A stretch of DNA of 64,000 bases from Octopus sinensis (lineage: Eukaryota). Both the position numbers and the translations under genes were made by a program. Where the stretch lies: the NCBI RefSeq assembly GCF_006345805.1, contig NC_043001.1, positions 53,382,001 to 53,446,000 of the forward strand, given 5' to 3'. The notes below the pieces were generated by a model. That model searched no databases, was not told the DNA's origin, and was given only the letters and a program-made list of their open reading frames with translations. This document shows positions 24,638 through 38,464 of this stretch, one piece after another; the first letter of the stretch is position 1, and each line of letters starts with the position of its first letter.

Positions 24638-26397
24638 TATTCAAAATTTGAAATGTAGACTTATTTCAACAGATCTTATGTATTTATTGCTCATTGCATA
24701 TTAGGTAACCGGATATTGGTAACAGTACAGTTAATTAATACCAAATGCTCTTAAAAAATAGCAGCTAACTAATCATAAAATCGGATGAAAGGTAAATACA
24801 ATAGTGTTTAAGTGAACATTAGGTGAGTTAAACAATACGACATTCAACTTCCGGAGACAAATTCACTGCAATTATGATGGAGAGAAATTCTCTTACCATA
24901 TCTGTTTTCATGCTGTTAATCAAAATGTTTTTCTCTGGTGTGACTAACGTTCACTTATGCCTAAAGTCTGCTTATGCCTAAATACTGCTCGGTACTGATA
25001 CTGCTGAATAATATTGCTTAATTGGGTGAACTCTAAATATACGTGAGCAAATTATGTATTCTTAGACGATTATATATAAATACACACACACATATATATA
25101 TATAAGAGAGTTTAAATGTGTGAGTGTGTGTGTCTCTGTGTGTATGTGCGTGTGTATGTTCCTTATGCATTCTAAAACCGAGTTGCCCATTTAGACGTAT
25201 GGGGTATCAAAAGATTCAGTTAACTTTTGGTTACCATCTAAATTATATTTTCTTTCATATATTTGCATTACAATCATTTAACATTATCATTTTTCTTTTA
25301 GTCACCTATCGTAAAAGACATTTTATATCACCACTCCAATGAGAATGACGTCACATTCTCTATATGACTGTTCGCACGTCCGTTACCTACGTGAGGCCGA
25401 TGACTAACGTGTATATGTGTGAGACGTGACGGTGTATGTCTGTCAGTATGCATACATTTTTTCTGACAACCGACACACACACATATACACACACATGCAC
25501 ACATATAAAGAGAGAGAGACAGACACACAGGGACAGAGATAGGATTCTGGTGTGCGTTAATGTACGTCTGTGTGCGTGTGTCGTAGTTTATGTTTGTATC
25601 TCCCCACTCCCAACAGTGAAACGCGCCGATATTATAAGTTTACTTTTGCGGCCTGGACTTCAACAACAACGTTCACTTCCAAGTACTACCAACATGAAAA
25701 TTTGGCTGATTTAACACCACCCACAATATTCGCAAATATATATTTAAAAATATTATTCTGGTTATTATGACAAATTCGGAAACTTGGCGTAGAAAGCCTC
25801 GGTGGCTCTTTCAATATAATTGCAGAAATTTTATTCCACTCCTTCTAGCCAGTTTCAAGATAACGTTTTTTTAAACAGTTCTTTGTATTCTTCATCATTG
25901 TGAATATCAACGTCGCACAGCCTTTTTACTGCGTTGCTCAGTATTTATTCTACAGCCTATAATGTTACACAGTTCAAAAACAGCCTCTTCCGTTTTATAC
26001 ACTTGGTTCAACGTTCGTTTCAAAATTGTAAAATAAATTAATTTTGCATGAAAAATTGAATTATGCCATCTGAATTTTCTTGAACTTTCACTTTCTTCAC
26101 TGTGACATTCAATCAATCGTGATTTTTTAACATTTAGTACTTGTTCCAAATAAATGTTGACTTTCTGTACTTTTTTACATTGGTGACGCATACTAACTTT
26201 TGCTACATTGGTGACTTTCCATTTTTTATAGCATAACAATACTTCAGAAAGTGCTTTGTACCTATATTGACTACATTTGAACTACGTGCCTGTACATTTT
26301 GTTGTTTTCAATATTATCAATTCTATGAGTGTGTCTGTTTTTGTTTCTGCTTTCCTTACGTCTGTAGTAAATTATAGTAAAGATTATTTTATGCTGT

Positions 26398-26683
26398 TTT
26401 AATGAGTCCACATCCATTGAAATAGCCATCCTTATGGTTGGTGATCCCATTGAAAATCATGATATTCTCATTGGCGTTCAAGATAACAACCTTAAATGTG
26501 TTTCACAGACTCATTCCTCTTATGATGCTCTCTAATATAATCTCATTCTGTGGAATAGACAAGATGGGTATTATTTCAATATTCCTTGGATTGAACCTGC
26601 AACAGGATAGCCAGTTACAAACAAAAGAGTATCGTCAAATGAGTTCTATTCTTACCAACTGATGTTAAGACCAGAACAATGAA
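26398..26683 (+). mobile_element. Helitron Rep/helicase fragment
   Basis: FNESTSIEIAILMVGDPIENHDILIGVQDNNLKCVSQTHSSYDAL*YNLILWNRQDGYYFNIP..KRVSSNEFYSYQLMLR matches the conserved Helitron segment (SETHRSYDALQYPLxFWxGEDGY..FYAYRLMIR). Contains stops. Confidence 0.8.
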
Positions 26684-27039
26684 ATCCTTTCTACTATCGG
26701 CATAAGGCATGACATTTCAGGGGAGGGGACCAGTCGATTGCATCGACCACAGTGTCTCACTGGTACTTAATTTATCGACCCCGAAAAGATGAAAGGCAAA
26801 GTTGACCCCGGCGGGTGGGGGTGGGATGGCTGTATAGCGATGGCGTGCTTGGAATGTGTAGGGGTGGGGTAACGACGGAGGTGTGACGATGAAGGGAGAG
26901 GATGGAGGGGAAAAGGTGGGTAGGAGTGAAGAGAGAAAGTATATGTCAGAGCAAGAGAGGAGAGGAGAGGTGGGTGAGAGATAAGGGAGGAAGTAGGTTG
27001 AGAGGAAGAGAGGAGAGAAGAGGGGATACACGAAGAGGG

Positions 27040-27392
27040 GAGGGAGTTAAGCCTATGTGGGGCAAAGGAGCGAAGAGAGAAGATAATTCTTGTTCACGAC
27101 AAAGACGGTATTCCGGGTGGCCCCTGCGCGAGGACAATCCGAACACAGACAGAATAACCGGTAGAGCGGAAACGGCACGAGGTCGAGTGTCGTTGCCGAG
27201 TTTGATGTCTCGGATGTGTTCGAAGAACCGGTCAGTCAAGCGGCGTCTTGTATGACTGATGTACAGTGATGGACAGAGAGAGCATGTGATGCAGTAGATG
27301 AAGTTGCTAGAAGTGCAGCTGAAGGAGTTAGCGACATGTGAAGATGTAGTGTTGGAGAGATAAAGGCAAGTGCGGCAGTGTGGGTGGGACAA
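27040..27392 (-). mobile_element. Penelope-like GIY-YIG endonuclease fragment
   Basis: CRTCLYLSNTT..SFSCTSSNFIYCITCSLCPSLYISHTRRRLTDRFFEHIRDIKLGNDT. Confidence 0.85.
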
Positions 27393-27396
27393 GAAT

Positions 27397-27435
<39 letters not shown>

Positions 27436-27713
27436 AACTAAATACATAATTATAAAAGGAGTCAGCTTAAAGCATCACCTCGAGCTGCTAAAAGTAGCCA
27501 TTATAGTCTTTTTCGCTGCCTTAAAAACACCGTGAAAAACACGCCCACATGAAGTGTGTTTTTCTCGGAGACTTTAAGGTAGTAAAAAAAGTCTTTGACG
27601 TCAGTTTTTACCTGCGTGAGGTGGTGCTTTAAGCTGACACGTTGTAAAAATTTATTGCACTGGCTACCTGGTAAAAGCATTAGTGATTTTACCCTGCATT
27701 ATTATTATTATTA

Positions 27714-27786
<73 letters not shown>

Positions 27787-27826
27787 CGTTATTATTATTA
27801 TTATTGTTATTGTTATTGTTATTATA

Positions 27827-27860
<34 letters not shown>

Positions 27861-28299
27861 AAGTATCCTTATTATTATTATTGGTGTTGTTGTTGTTATT
27901 GTTTATATATATATATATATATATATATTTGTGTGTGTGTGTGTATATATTAATATGTGTGCGTGTGTACGTGTGTGCGTATGTGCATGTGTGTGTGTGG
28001 AGAGGTAATAAATGAATTCCAGTACAACAGTTGAATAAAAAAAATATTTGAACGGCAATATGACAGAGATTACAATATTAGTTCAAACTAAAACTAGACA
28101 TAAAATTTTTTAAATAAAAAAAACTTCAGCAGTTGATAGCAAATATATAGGAGCAATAAACGCAATTATTAAATTAACGGGTAAATTTTTAAAGAATATT
28201 AACGAAAAATTGCATAAAACTAGGTTTTATGTACATACGAGTAAATTTAATGAACTGAAACTTCCAAAATCTGAAGAAATCTATAACAACTTATGTAAA

Positions 28300-29250
28300 G
28301 ATTCCCAAAACATCCAATTAAAAATTGCAGCGATTTCTTGCTGAACAATAATAAAATATTCACTGATGGCATAGTCTTCCCAAACTACCCACATAAAAGA
28401 ATGAATAAAGAATCAATTGTGGCTAATACTCATACGGACGCGCACTAATACTTAGATTTTAGGTTTTAACTCTCACCCCATCGTAATAGAAATATCTAAT
28501 TTAATATGGCAAGATGTATATGCTCATTGGTTACGAACACAAATAGTCGTGAGGTATGAGTGGTAGAAATAAATATATTCGATCAGAAACAGAATATCAG
28601 TAAGTCGTGCCATAGCCAAGACAAACATGGTCTCAATTTCTGACCCTCGCAGCAACAAAGGCCAAGACAATCATAAATACAAGTATCAGTATTTCATTTG
28701 TAATCAACCACAATCCTAGAACACATAAATATTTTACATTCAGACAAGTGATAATTTCTAATTCTACAACATTCATAAAAACCTAAAAATATAGATAAAG
28801 AAATACAAACTATTAACAGTCAGAGACAGCTAACAATTGTAAAAGAGTATTAACAAGGATAAAATTCACTTCAGAAGATAATATAATGCACAGAACAAGT
28901 TGCAGAGATCTTCGTTGTGGGACGTGTCAAATAAGTTAATCAGAAACAAGAGAATTCAATTCAAGAATAGGAAGAAATCGAGGTTAATGCAAATATGAAA
29001 TAAGAAACTCATTTAGTGCTCCGCTGGTCCACATCACAGGATTAAAATTAATACATCAATCAAGGGTGCTTAAACATGACAAAGGTTCATCTTTTAGAAA
29101 TATTCCTTGCAGTCAACGTCTAGTCCTTTGTGCAAATCAAAAATTACTAATATTGAAAAATATTTCCCTTCTTCAGAACAATAAAAAATGAAAATGATCA
29201 ACCACGAAAGACAAAATAATTCTTTGTTGGAATTCTATATCCCAAACAAA
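28300..29250 (+). mobile_element. Very old L1/Tx1-like ORF2 C-terminal remnant
   Basis: HHRIKINT..STSSPLCKSKITNIEKYF loosely resembles the L1 C-terminal zinc-finger region (HRILPTN..SPLCxFC..ETIEHLF). Many stops. Confidence 0.3.
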
Positions 29251-29678
29251 ACCAGAAATAAGTACTAATTCTACTAGACATAACTACCGATATAGTGGCA
29301 TATTATAACGCGTGTGTTTGAAAAGTTGAAGAACGGCGAAAGCACTTTCATATCACGGAAGTTTCACTCAATCTCTTCTTTTACTTCCTTTAAATAATTT
29401 TATATAAATAATCTATAATTTCGGATAATCAGTGTTCAACAACTATAATTGTATTATAAAATTTTCATAACAAAACTTGAAATGTGTGTGTACGCATGTA
29501 TGTATTTATCTATATATGTATGAATAGATTTATGTATGTACATAAGAGAGACGACACAGGTGCAGAACAAGGTGTTAAAATTATTACTCCAGTAACAACA
29601 GTAGAATTGAATGCTAATTTACTGTATTTTCTCGGCTTGAATAACGTATAACACACACATATATATTCATTATAAAAG

Positions 29679-29772
<94 letters not shown>

Positions 29773-29807
29773 ATTATATATATATATAAATAATATATAT
29801 ATATATA

Positions 29808-29887
<80 letters not shown>

Positions 29888-30246
29888 ATAAATATACTTG
29901 GAACTGGTGTATATTTTCTCCTAAGATAATAAAAGAATAAAGTCAATTTTACAACGAAGTCCTTATGGGTATTTTGCTGCCATTACTTACCTTCGAATCT
30001 CTCCTTTGGAACAGGGGAATAGTGATAGATGGAGAAACAACGCATGGAAAAACAATGCATAGAAAGTAAGAGAAAAAATGTGTTTCTGAATTCTGAAACA
30101 CAGTATGTGCAAAGGTATATATATGTTTGTTCCGTCTTTTCTCTTTCTCTCCCTCTCTTTTTTTCTCTCTTTCTCTTTGTCTCTCTGTCTCTCTCACACT
30201 CTCTCTCTGTATATATCAATCTATCTATCTGTCTGTCTATCTACAT

Positions 30247-30300
<54 letters not shown>

Positions 30301-30394
30301 TATCTATCTGTTTGTCTCTCTCTGTCAGTCTCTATGACTCTCTCTGTCTGAATATCATACTATGTATAACTTTCTCTTTCTCTCTCTTTGTCTT

Positions 30395-30445
<51 letters not shown>

Positions 30446-31121
30446 CCACTTAACGGATTATATATCTGTGTGACACCTTTCAGTCACTCTATTGGTGCTT
30501 TATTAGCCCTCTTTGACGCTCTCGTGTCCTCTACCACCACTACAGCAGGTCTATCATAAGCTTTTCCCTACTGTCCTACCCTTTCAAATTTCTTTGAAGT
30601 AAAGCACCTTTTAATTTTGCCCTCCATTTGCTGTTGTTTTTATGTTTCCATCTTGTTCTACAAATTATTATCCTCCTCGCTTTCGTTGTTTCACTCCCTT
30701 CTTCTATTTGCCCTTTCACGCATCTGTTTTCTTTCTTTCTCCTACAATTCGAGTTTCTGTTTTACTTCCCTTCTCCCTCAATTCACGTTTGGTTGTCTTC
30801 TCTTCTCCCACTAACTATTCTAATGCTGTTCATTGACAAAATTCTCCCCTCCCATTTTGTCTTCGATTCCATCTTTGGTGAAGACGCACGTTCTTTAATT
30901 ATTGGCGTTGTATCCTGCTAAACGTGACCTAAGTCTCTCCTTTCTTTTCTTTTACGTGATTAATAACTGAGTGTTGTTCATTACGAGGTAGGTTGAAAAA
31001 GTACCACGTTTAAGTGCTTATATAAATATGTACATATATGTATATATGTGTGTATGTATTTATGTAGGGAAGTGTATGTACTTGCATATGTATACGTACC
31101 AGTATGCATAAATACATGTAA

Positions 31122-31163
<42 letters not shown>

Positions 31164-31387
31164 GTGTGTGTGTGTGTTTGTCTGTGTCTGTGTCTGTGGT
31201 TACTATATTTTTTATTTCGTAATTTGCATTCTTTACTTTTAGTCCTATTTAGTCCATTACTACAGCGATATTCTTTGTGTATCTGGCACAAGAAAACATG
31301 AGACATGGCATTTATCTTCAGATATTAAAGTCGATGAAATTGCCCTTGAGCTTGTTCGCCAAGGCAGAGGAGAGAATATCTGCATTT

Positions 31388-31421
<34 letters not shown>

Positions 31422-31513
31422 TCTCCCTCTCTCCCTCTCTCTCTCAATCATCTCTCTCTCCCCCTTAATCATCTCTCTCTCTCTCTATATATATATATAC
31501 ATATATATGTATA

Positions 31514-31551
<38 letters not shown>

Positions 31552-31565
31552 CATATATATATTAT

Positions 31566-31607
<42 letters not shown>

Positions 31608-31616
31608 CATACATAC

Positions 31617-31648
<32 letters not shown>

Positions 31649-31780
31649 GTATATGCATCTATATACATATATAAGTTTATATATATGTATATATATATAA
31701 GTACATATATATGCATATATATATGTATATATATGCATGTATGTATGTATATATGTATATATATATATGTATGTGTTTGT

Positions 31781-31846
<66 letters not shown>

Positions 31847-32023
31847 AACAGAGATAATAACTTGTGGATGGAAATTCGAAGGCTTTATTAATGCAACACA
31901 GTATATATTTCTGCATCCTAAAAGCTCAGTATTTAGGAATTTTTTTGATATTCATTAGATATTATTTAAAATTATTCTTATATATACATACATACATACA
32001 TACATACATATAATATATATATA

Positions 32024-32072
<49 letters not shown>

Positions 32073-32084
32073 ATATATGTATCC

Positions 32085-32520
32085 TTAGTACCTTCCAGTC
32101 CAGAGAACAAGGTGTTATCATTCCTATTTTCCCCTCCTTTGTACGGTCACGCCTCGAAAACTGCTGCTTGCTAGGACCACGGACCATACGAGCCCTACCC
32201 AAATCAGGATCGCAGCACACATACACTGCAACACAATTTATTTTGCTCTACAGGCCCTACCATATTTAACATTGTTCCGAGACAGATCAAAGAAGAAAAG
32301 GATCCCATCACGCTCAAACGGAATCTGGACCAATTTCTTCAAGAAATACCAGATAAACCACCGAAACCTGGATACAACTCACTCAACAAGAACACACTTA
32401 TCGAATCAACCATGATACCACAGAACTTGATTTAAAATAGATCTAGCGAATCCTATCAGGTGTTGCTATTACGGCAGACATGGCCTGAACCAATCTTTAG
32501 TCGAAATATAGTTATGATAT
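32085..32520 (+). mobile_element. CR1/L2-group LINE 3' end with internal deletion
   Basis: TFQSREQGVIIP..TLQHNLFCSTGPTIFNIVPRQIKEEKDPITLKRNLDQFLQEIPDKPPKPGY. Confidence 0.7.
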
Positions 32521-32832
32521 CTAATTTATATATACAGGCGCAGGAATGGATGTGTGGAAAGTAGCTTGCTTACCAGTTTATGGGTAGGTGTCTTCTACTA
32601 TAGCCTTGGGCCGACCAAAGTCTTGTGAGTGGATTTGGTAAACGGCAACTGAAAGAAGCCTGCCGTATTTATATGTGTGTGTCTGTGTGTGTTTGTGTGT
32701 GTGTATGTTTGTCCCCCCACCATCACTTAACAGCCGTTAGGAAATCGTTCACTTTTGAATAACCACTAAGTTACGGGGACGTAAACGCACGGCTGTCAGC
32801 GATAATGGGGGCACAAACATACACACACACAA

Positions 32833-32914
<82 letters not shown>

Positions 32915-33189
32915 ATGTATGTATATGTATGTATATATATGTTTGTATGTATGTATGTATGCATGCATGGTTATGCGTATGAATATTGTATATATTATTT
33001 TACGTAATTGTAGATATATACACATGTATACTCATGTATATATGAGGATATATCTTTCAATGGCGATGCATTTCTGCGTATACATTTGCTTGGAAGCGTT
33101 ATACATATATATTTGTGTGTGTGTGTGTGTGTATGTATGTGTGTGTGTGTGTTTGTGTGTGTGTACAAAGCTATGAAGGACTCCAAACA

Positions 33190-33800
33190 CTCATTTTCCA
33201 ATTGATCCCGTTGTATACATACACCCTATAACCTCAAGGACATTTTGAGATAAAAGAGCGATTAATAAAACCCTCAAACCTGGATTTAAACTTGTTCATT
33301 GGTAAATATGCAATATATATATATTTATTTCATAGTTTTTTTATGTTTGTGATTTGTTATTATGAGTAACCCATCTATGTTCCTATAAATTTTACTGAAT
33401 GTCATGTAACGTTTTAGCACAAACATTATTGCATTCCTTTCCAATTTTATTTCCAGTTCTCTTTTATAATAAACCGTAAAGGGGATTTGTTGGAAATTCA
33501 TCCTCAACTGACTTGTACTGGTGCATCCGATGTAGCAGTTTGAATTATGAGGCTTTATGTACATATCATGTTTCTATTAATTGTAGAATGATAGTCATTT
33601 TGTTTACATGCCGCCAGCACTTTCGGGACCTGCAAAAAAATAACAATATCTGTATTCCTAAAATAAAACACGCAACTTTTAGATCGGACTGCGCCGACAT
33701 TCTAAGATGAAACCTTTACGAGTTCGTAAATTTTCGAAGCACGACTTATCTGATTATACCCACGATTTAATGAACGTAGCCTAACCCACAACCATTCGAT
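33190..33800 (-). mobile_element. Penelope-like GIY-YIG remnant, partly rearranged
   Basis: The minus strand reads NMICT*SLI..CYIGCTSTSQLRMNFQQI. The C-terminal piece FQLIPLY..EIKERLIK appears on the plus strand at ~33190-33300. Confidence 0.5.
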
Positions 33801-34079
33801 TAACCCAACTGGGAATAGTATTTTAGATAACACCTAGTTAAAATACATTAACCGTTAACAATATTCTCCGTGGTAAGTAGCTTGCTTAGCAACCACATGG
33901 ATCTAGGTTCAGTCCCACTACGTGGCAACTTGGGTGAGTGTCTTCTACTATAGCCTCGGGCCGACCGAATCCTTGTGAGTGAATTTGGTAGACGGAAACT
34001 GAAAGAAGCCCGTCGTATATATATATGTATGTATATATATATATATATACGCGAGAAAGAAGCAACAAGAATGGATAGG

Positions 34080-36810
34080 TTTTTAGTACAATCGTTTCAT
34101 ACAAGGACAGGCTTTATTAAAAGTTGTAAAAATTACAGCATATAAACGTGTCCCGTACTCATCAGCTAAAATACATGTGAGTTCTCTAGACATCCTAGTG
34201 GTTGAGGCTATACTCATGAAGTAATGTAGATAATTAAGTAACATAAACAGATTTCCAAAGTTCATTACAGTTCTTTAAAGATGATGTACAGTCTTATCAC
34301 AGAATTTTAAAAAAGTTTTAATAGCATCACAGAGAGGTGACCTAATCCATAGAGCACATATGAACTTCCAGAGATATGATGAGGGATTACATACTCACAG
34401 AAGACAAATTATCCATTGTTAATCACAACGAGGTGGGTCTCAATTCCTGCTTATTAGCATTACAGAGAGGGTGAATTAATCCTTTGTATAGATGCACAAT
34501 TTCCAATGGTGTAGATGTAAATTTCCAGAGAAATGAAGAGGAATTTCATATTCACAGGCGATAAATTTATCAATGGTTGAACACAATGAGGTAGGTATCA
34601 ATTCTTGTTATATGATTAGGTATTTGCCACATTAATCACATTACTGCTATTTACAAGAGGCTGTAGCTATTTAACTTTTAAAGGCTGAAGGGCTTTCTAG
34701 AGAGGCAAAGAATAGAAAAGGGACGGGAATAGAAGAAAAGAGAGAAAATAAAGGAGGAGGGAGCAAAAAAGGGGGGGAAGGGGACTAAAAGAGAAGAGAA
34801 AAGGAAAAAGAGAATAAGAAGAAGAAAAAGAAAAAAGAGAAAAGAGAAAGAAATAGGGAAAGAAGGGAAAAAAAGAAAAAGAAAAAAAGAGGGTTCTAGT
34901 TATACAGAAGAATTAGTAGACGGCAAGTCTGGTTTTAATTTACAGGCATCTAGGAACTAGAGGAGAATATTATTCTTTGACCAGTAAAACAGCTAATTTA
35001 TTGCTGTTGAAATCAGCTATGAATTTAAAGAGATCTAAAGAGATAACACAGTCAGGGGTTTAGGGTCAGATGCTAAAATCAAAAGAAAATACATTAGAAA
35101 ATCTAAGTATAATCTTATCAAAAAGTCATTAAAATTTACTATTTAATTTATTCATTTATTGTCTTAAGGAGTTGCCGTTATTATCATACATTGACGGACT
35201 ACAGGTCAAATCTTAGAAGATCATTTACAAGGTGTTAGGGGATTGTCTATCATAATGAAGATAATCATATTATCACCGAGGGGGTAGCCTTATTTATTTA
35301 ATTTTGAAATAGAATTATGGGGCTATAGTAACTCATTTTATTTTATTAAATTAGATTAAGTTAGGAATTAAAATTAAAAATTACAATTAAGATTTAAAAT
35401 TAAGAATTTAAAAATTATGAGTTTGAAATTAAATAAAGCCTCAATTAAGCAGCGTATAAGTACTATTCATTTCCCTGTTCTCAAAACAAAACTGATGCAG
35501 ATATAAGGAAAAAGATAACTGTAGTGTGAGAACTCTTAGTTATCTACTTAAAACAGTGCTATACTAGTAGAAATCAAGTTATATCTATCTATCTAGTTAC
35601 GAATATTCTAATCATTTAAAATATTTTAAAGTCTTCAATTTAGCGTGGACACAAACTTGACCTATTCGATATGGTTATTCAATAAGTTTCTATGTTTTCT
35701 ATGCTTTAGAATTTCATACGTCTCCATGGAGCATAGTTGGCACCAACCCTACTATTTTTATACGGAATTGCTCTCCTAACTATTTCCCATTAAGGTTATA
35801 ATTTTTATTATTATTTTTGAGTTCCCAGATTTTGTTTGAAAGTGTGGTGGTACCAGCTTTATGACGTAATTTAAAAGACGAGATGTGATTTCTAACTCTG
35901 GCTAGAAAATTAATTGTACATCCAAAGTAAAGATATTTGTTATTCTCCGTGGATATGGTACATTTATAGATTACATTATTTTCCCCACATAGACCAGGTG
36001 CCGGCAATTTGATTTTATTCTACACTTACACACAGGAGGAACAACTTCAGGCTTTGGATTATTCTGGGTATGTCTTAGGTTCCTATTATTTTGATTATCA
36101 TTTCTATAGTTGGTGCTGATATCTAAAGTATTGCTATTATTTATTGATCCTTCAGCTTCATCATTTAGGTCTAAAGTCCTACCATGATTTCTTATACTAT
36201 TGGTAATGTTACTATTATTGTTAGTCTTTTTATCCGACTGCATATTGTTGTTATAAATATCACTGATATTTTCATTCTCCTTATTTTCTCCATTAGCCTT
36301 ATATCTATTATTTCTATTATTAACATTATTACTTCTATTAATATCGGCATTGTTATTATTACTATTAATGTTAATGTTATTAGTCATTCTGTGGTTACTA
36401 ATTATCACCTATGTTTTGATAGTTACTATTGCTGTTTTTATTGTTGGTAGTATTATATAATTGCTATTGGTATTCATGCTGATATTATTATTTTTATTTC
36501 TATCTTTCCTGGCTAGTTTAATGTTTTTATTATTAATCTTAGCTATTAAAGTGGACATATTTGGGAGGGTTGAATAAGAAATCCTAACTGTTTTCCTAGA
36601 TATAATTCTATGATATCTATGAGAGATAGGGAAATTTTTTTCCAGAATTACTTTGAATTTGTTCTGTATATCCGATTGTATCGCACAGTTGAAAGGGATA
36701 TTAAGCCATTATGGCTGAATATCCCTTTCAACATAATATATCTTTTTTATTAAATTTAGGGTTCGTAGAATTACTACTATTCATCTCACCAGAGTTATTG
36801 TATTTATTAC
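34080..36810 (-). mobile_element. Penelope-like element (RT-linker, GIY-YIG, 3' or pseudo-LTR region)
   Basis: WLNIPFN..KFKVILEKNFPISHRYHRIISRKTVRISYSTLPNMSTLI; CKCRIKSNC/PAPGLCGENNVIYKCTI..LYFGCT..RVRNHISSFK..TTLSNKIWELK; GCQLCSMETYEIL. Confidence 0.85.
34081..34171 (-). ncRNA. Minimal type I hammerhead ribozyme at the 3' end of a Penelope element
   Basis: The minus strand reads TTTTAG-CTGATGA-GTACGGGACA...TGTCCTTGTAT-GAAA-C-GATT-G-TA-CTAAAA. This gives a perfect 6-bp stem I, a ~10-bp stem II with one bulge, a 2-bp stem III and a GUA triplet. Confidence 0.85.
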
Positions 36811-36869
36811 CATCTACCAATTATTCCGTCTACCAATTCACTCACAAGGCTTTGGTCGGCCCGAGGCTA

Positions 36870-36942
<73 letters not shown>

Positions 36943-37352
36943 TGTCTGTGTATCCCAACCATCTCTTGACAACCAATGCGGTTCGGCAAAAGTGACTGAT
37001 GGAATAAGTACTAGAATTACAAAAGTATAAGTCCTGAGGTCGACTTGCCGGATCGTGGCTGGTACGCTAGAGCAACCCATCTGATTACTGTTATATATCT
37101 AAGCATAAAATTTCCGCTTGGATAAAAAATATAAACTGACAGCGTAGTGGTGACACATACAGAGCAAAAACAAAATGTGAAACAGAGAGAATAGTTGCTG
37201 GTAACGCTAATGATGGTTTCTTTTATGACGCTCAAAATTTCTGCTTTCTTCGCATTTAATTTCATGTTAAACTTCTTTGTCTTTCTCTCCCTGTCTTTCT
37301 TGCTTTTTCTCTGTCTCTGCTTGACTGTATGTCTCTGTCTCACTCAGTCTGA

Positions 37353-37392
<40 letters not shown>

Positions 37393-38113
37393 TCCTATGT
37401 TTCTCTCTTTCTCGAACATAGAAACAGTGTATGAATAACAGACATGTAACCAAAAGCATACAGAGATAATGACATCGGTGAGTACGAGAGTAATGATAAC
37501 AGAGTTTGGGACATTGAATAGCACACCCATTGACATAAACAATTAGTCGTGAAGCCATTGAAATATAATTTACGTTGGGTTCAATTTCAGATTTAATTTA
37601 ATTACCTGCCAATAAGTATTTAAATGAATTATAATAGATTCAAATTCGACAAGATAGTTAAGAGTTCTGAAGTGTTTGTCAACTGTATATATTTTGGCTG
37701 ACTCAGTAGTATCAACTTAAAAACAAAGAACTGCTAATACAATTATGGTAGCATTGTATTTCATTTTGTATAAAATGGAAGCTGAATTTGCTTAAAAATC
37801 ATAGCGTGCTCGAGATTACATTTTGATATTAAGAATATCATTAAATAACTTGTAGGAATTCGCAACCAAAATACTGCTCTCAAAACTTCCTAACCCCTGC
37901 GGTCAGAGGGGGTTCATAAACTAGTTGTCTATTCATATAAATGTATAATAATATGTATAGTAAATGAACATTCAAGGAAATGGTTATTATCGAGGGATTA
38001 CCTGAGTGCTTAATGGAATTAATTCTAGTTGTATTTCCATGTAATTCCCTGAAATCCTTTTCATTAATCATGTATTGTATACATTGATCATTTTCATTGT
38101 TGTTCAAGAAACA

Positions 38114-38198
<85 letters not shown>

Positions 38199-38256
38199 TA
38201 TATACATACATAACATATATATATATATATATATAATATATATATATATATTATAT

Positions 38257-38291
<35 letters not shown>

Positions 38292-38415
38292 GTTATATCT
38301 CCGTGTGTATGCACATGATTATGTATATGTGTTGCTTATTTTCACTCTCAATAAAAATATGCAGATGCATGGGTGTGCCTCTGTATGTATGTGTGTGTGT
38401 ATGTATGTGTATGTG

Positions 38416-38464
<49 letters not shown>

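Noticed and set aside
29985-30095. Possible 102-nt minus-strand exon (CAG acceptor at 30093-30095, AAG|GTAAGT donor at 29991) with a hydrophobic translation
   Set aside because: About 2-3 perfect donors are expected by chance in this window, all three frames are open simply because the sequence is pyrimidine-rich, and no protein is recognised. RNA-seq would be needed.
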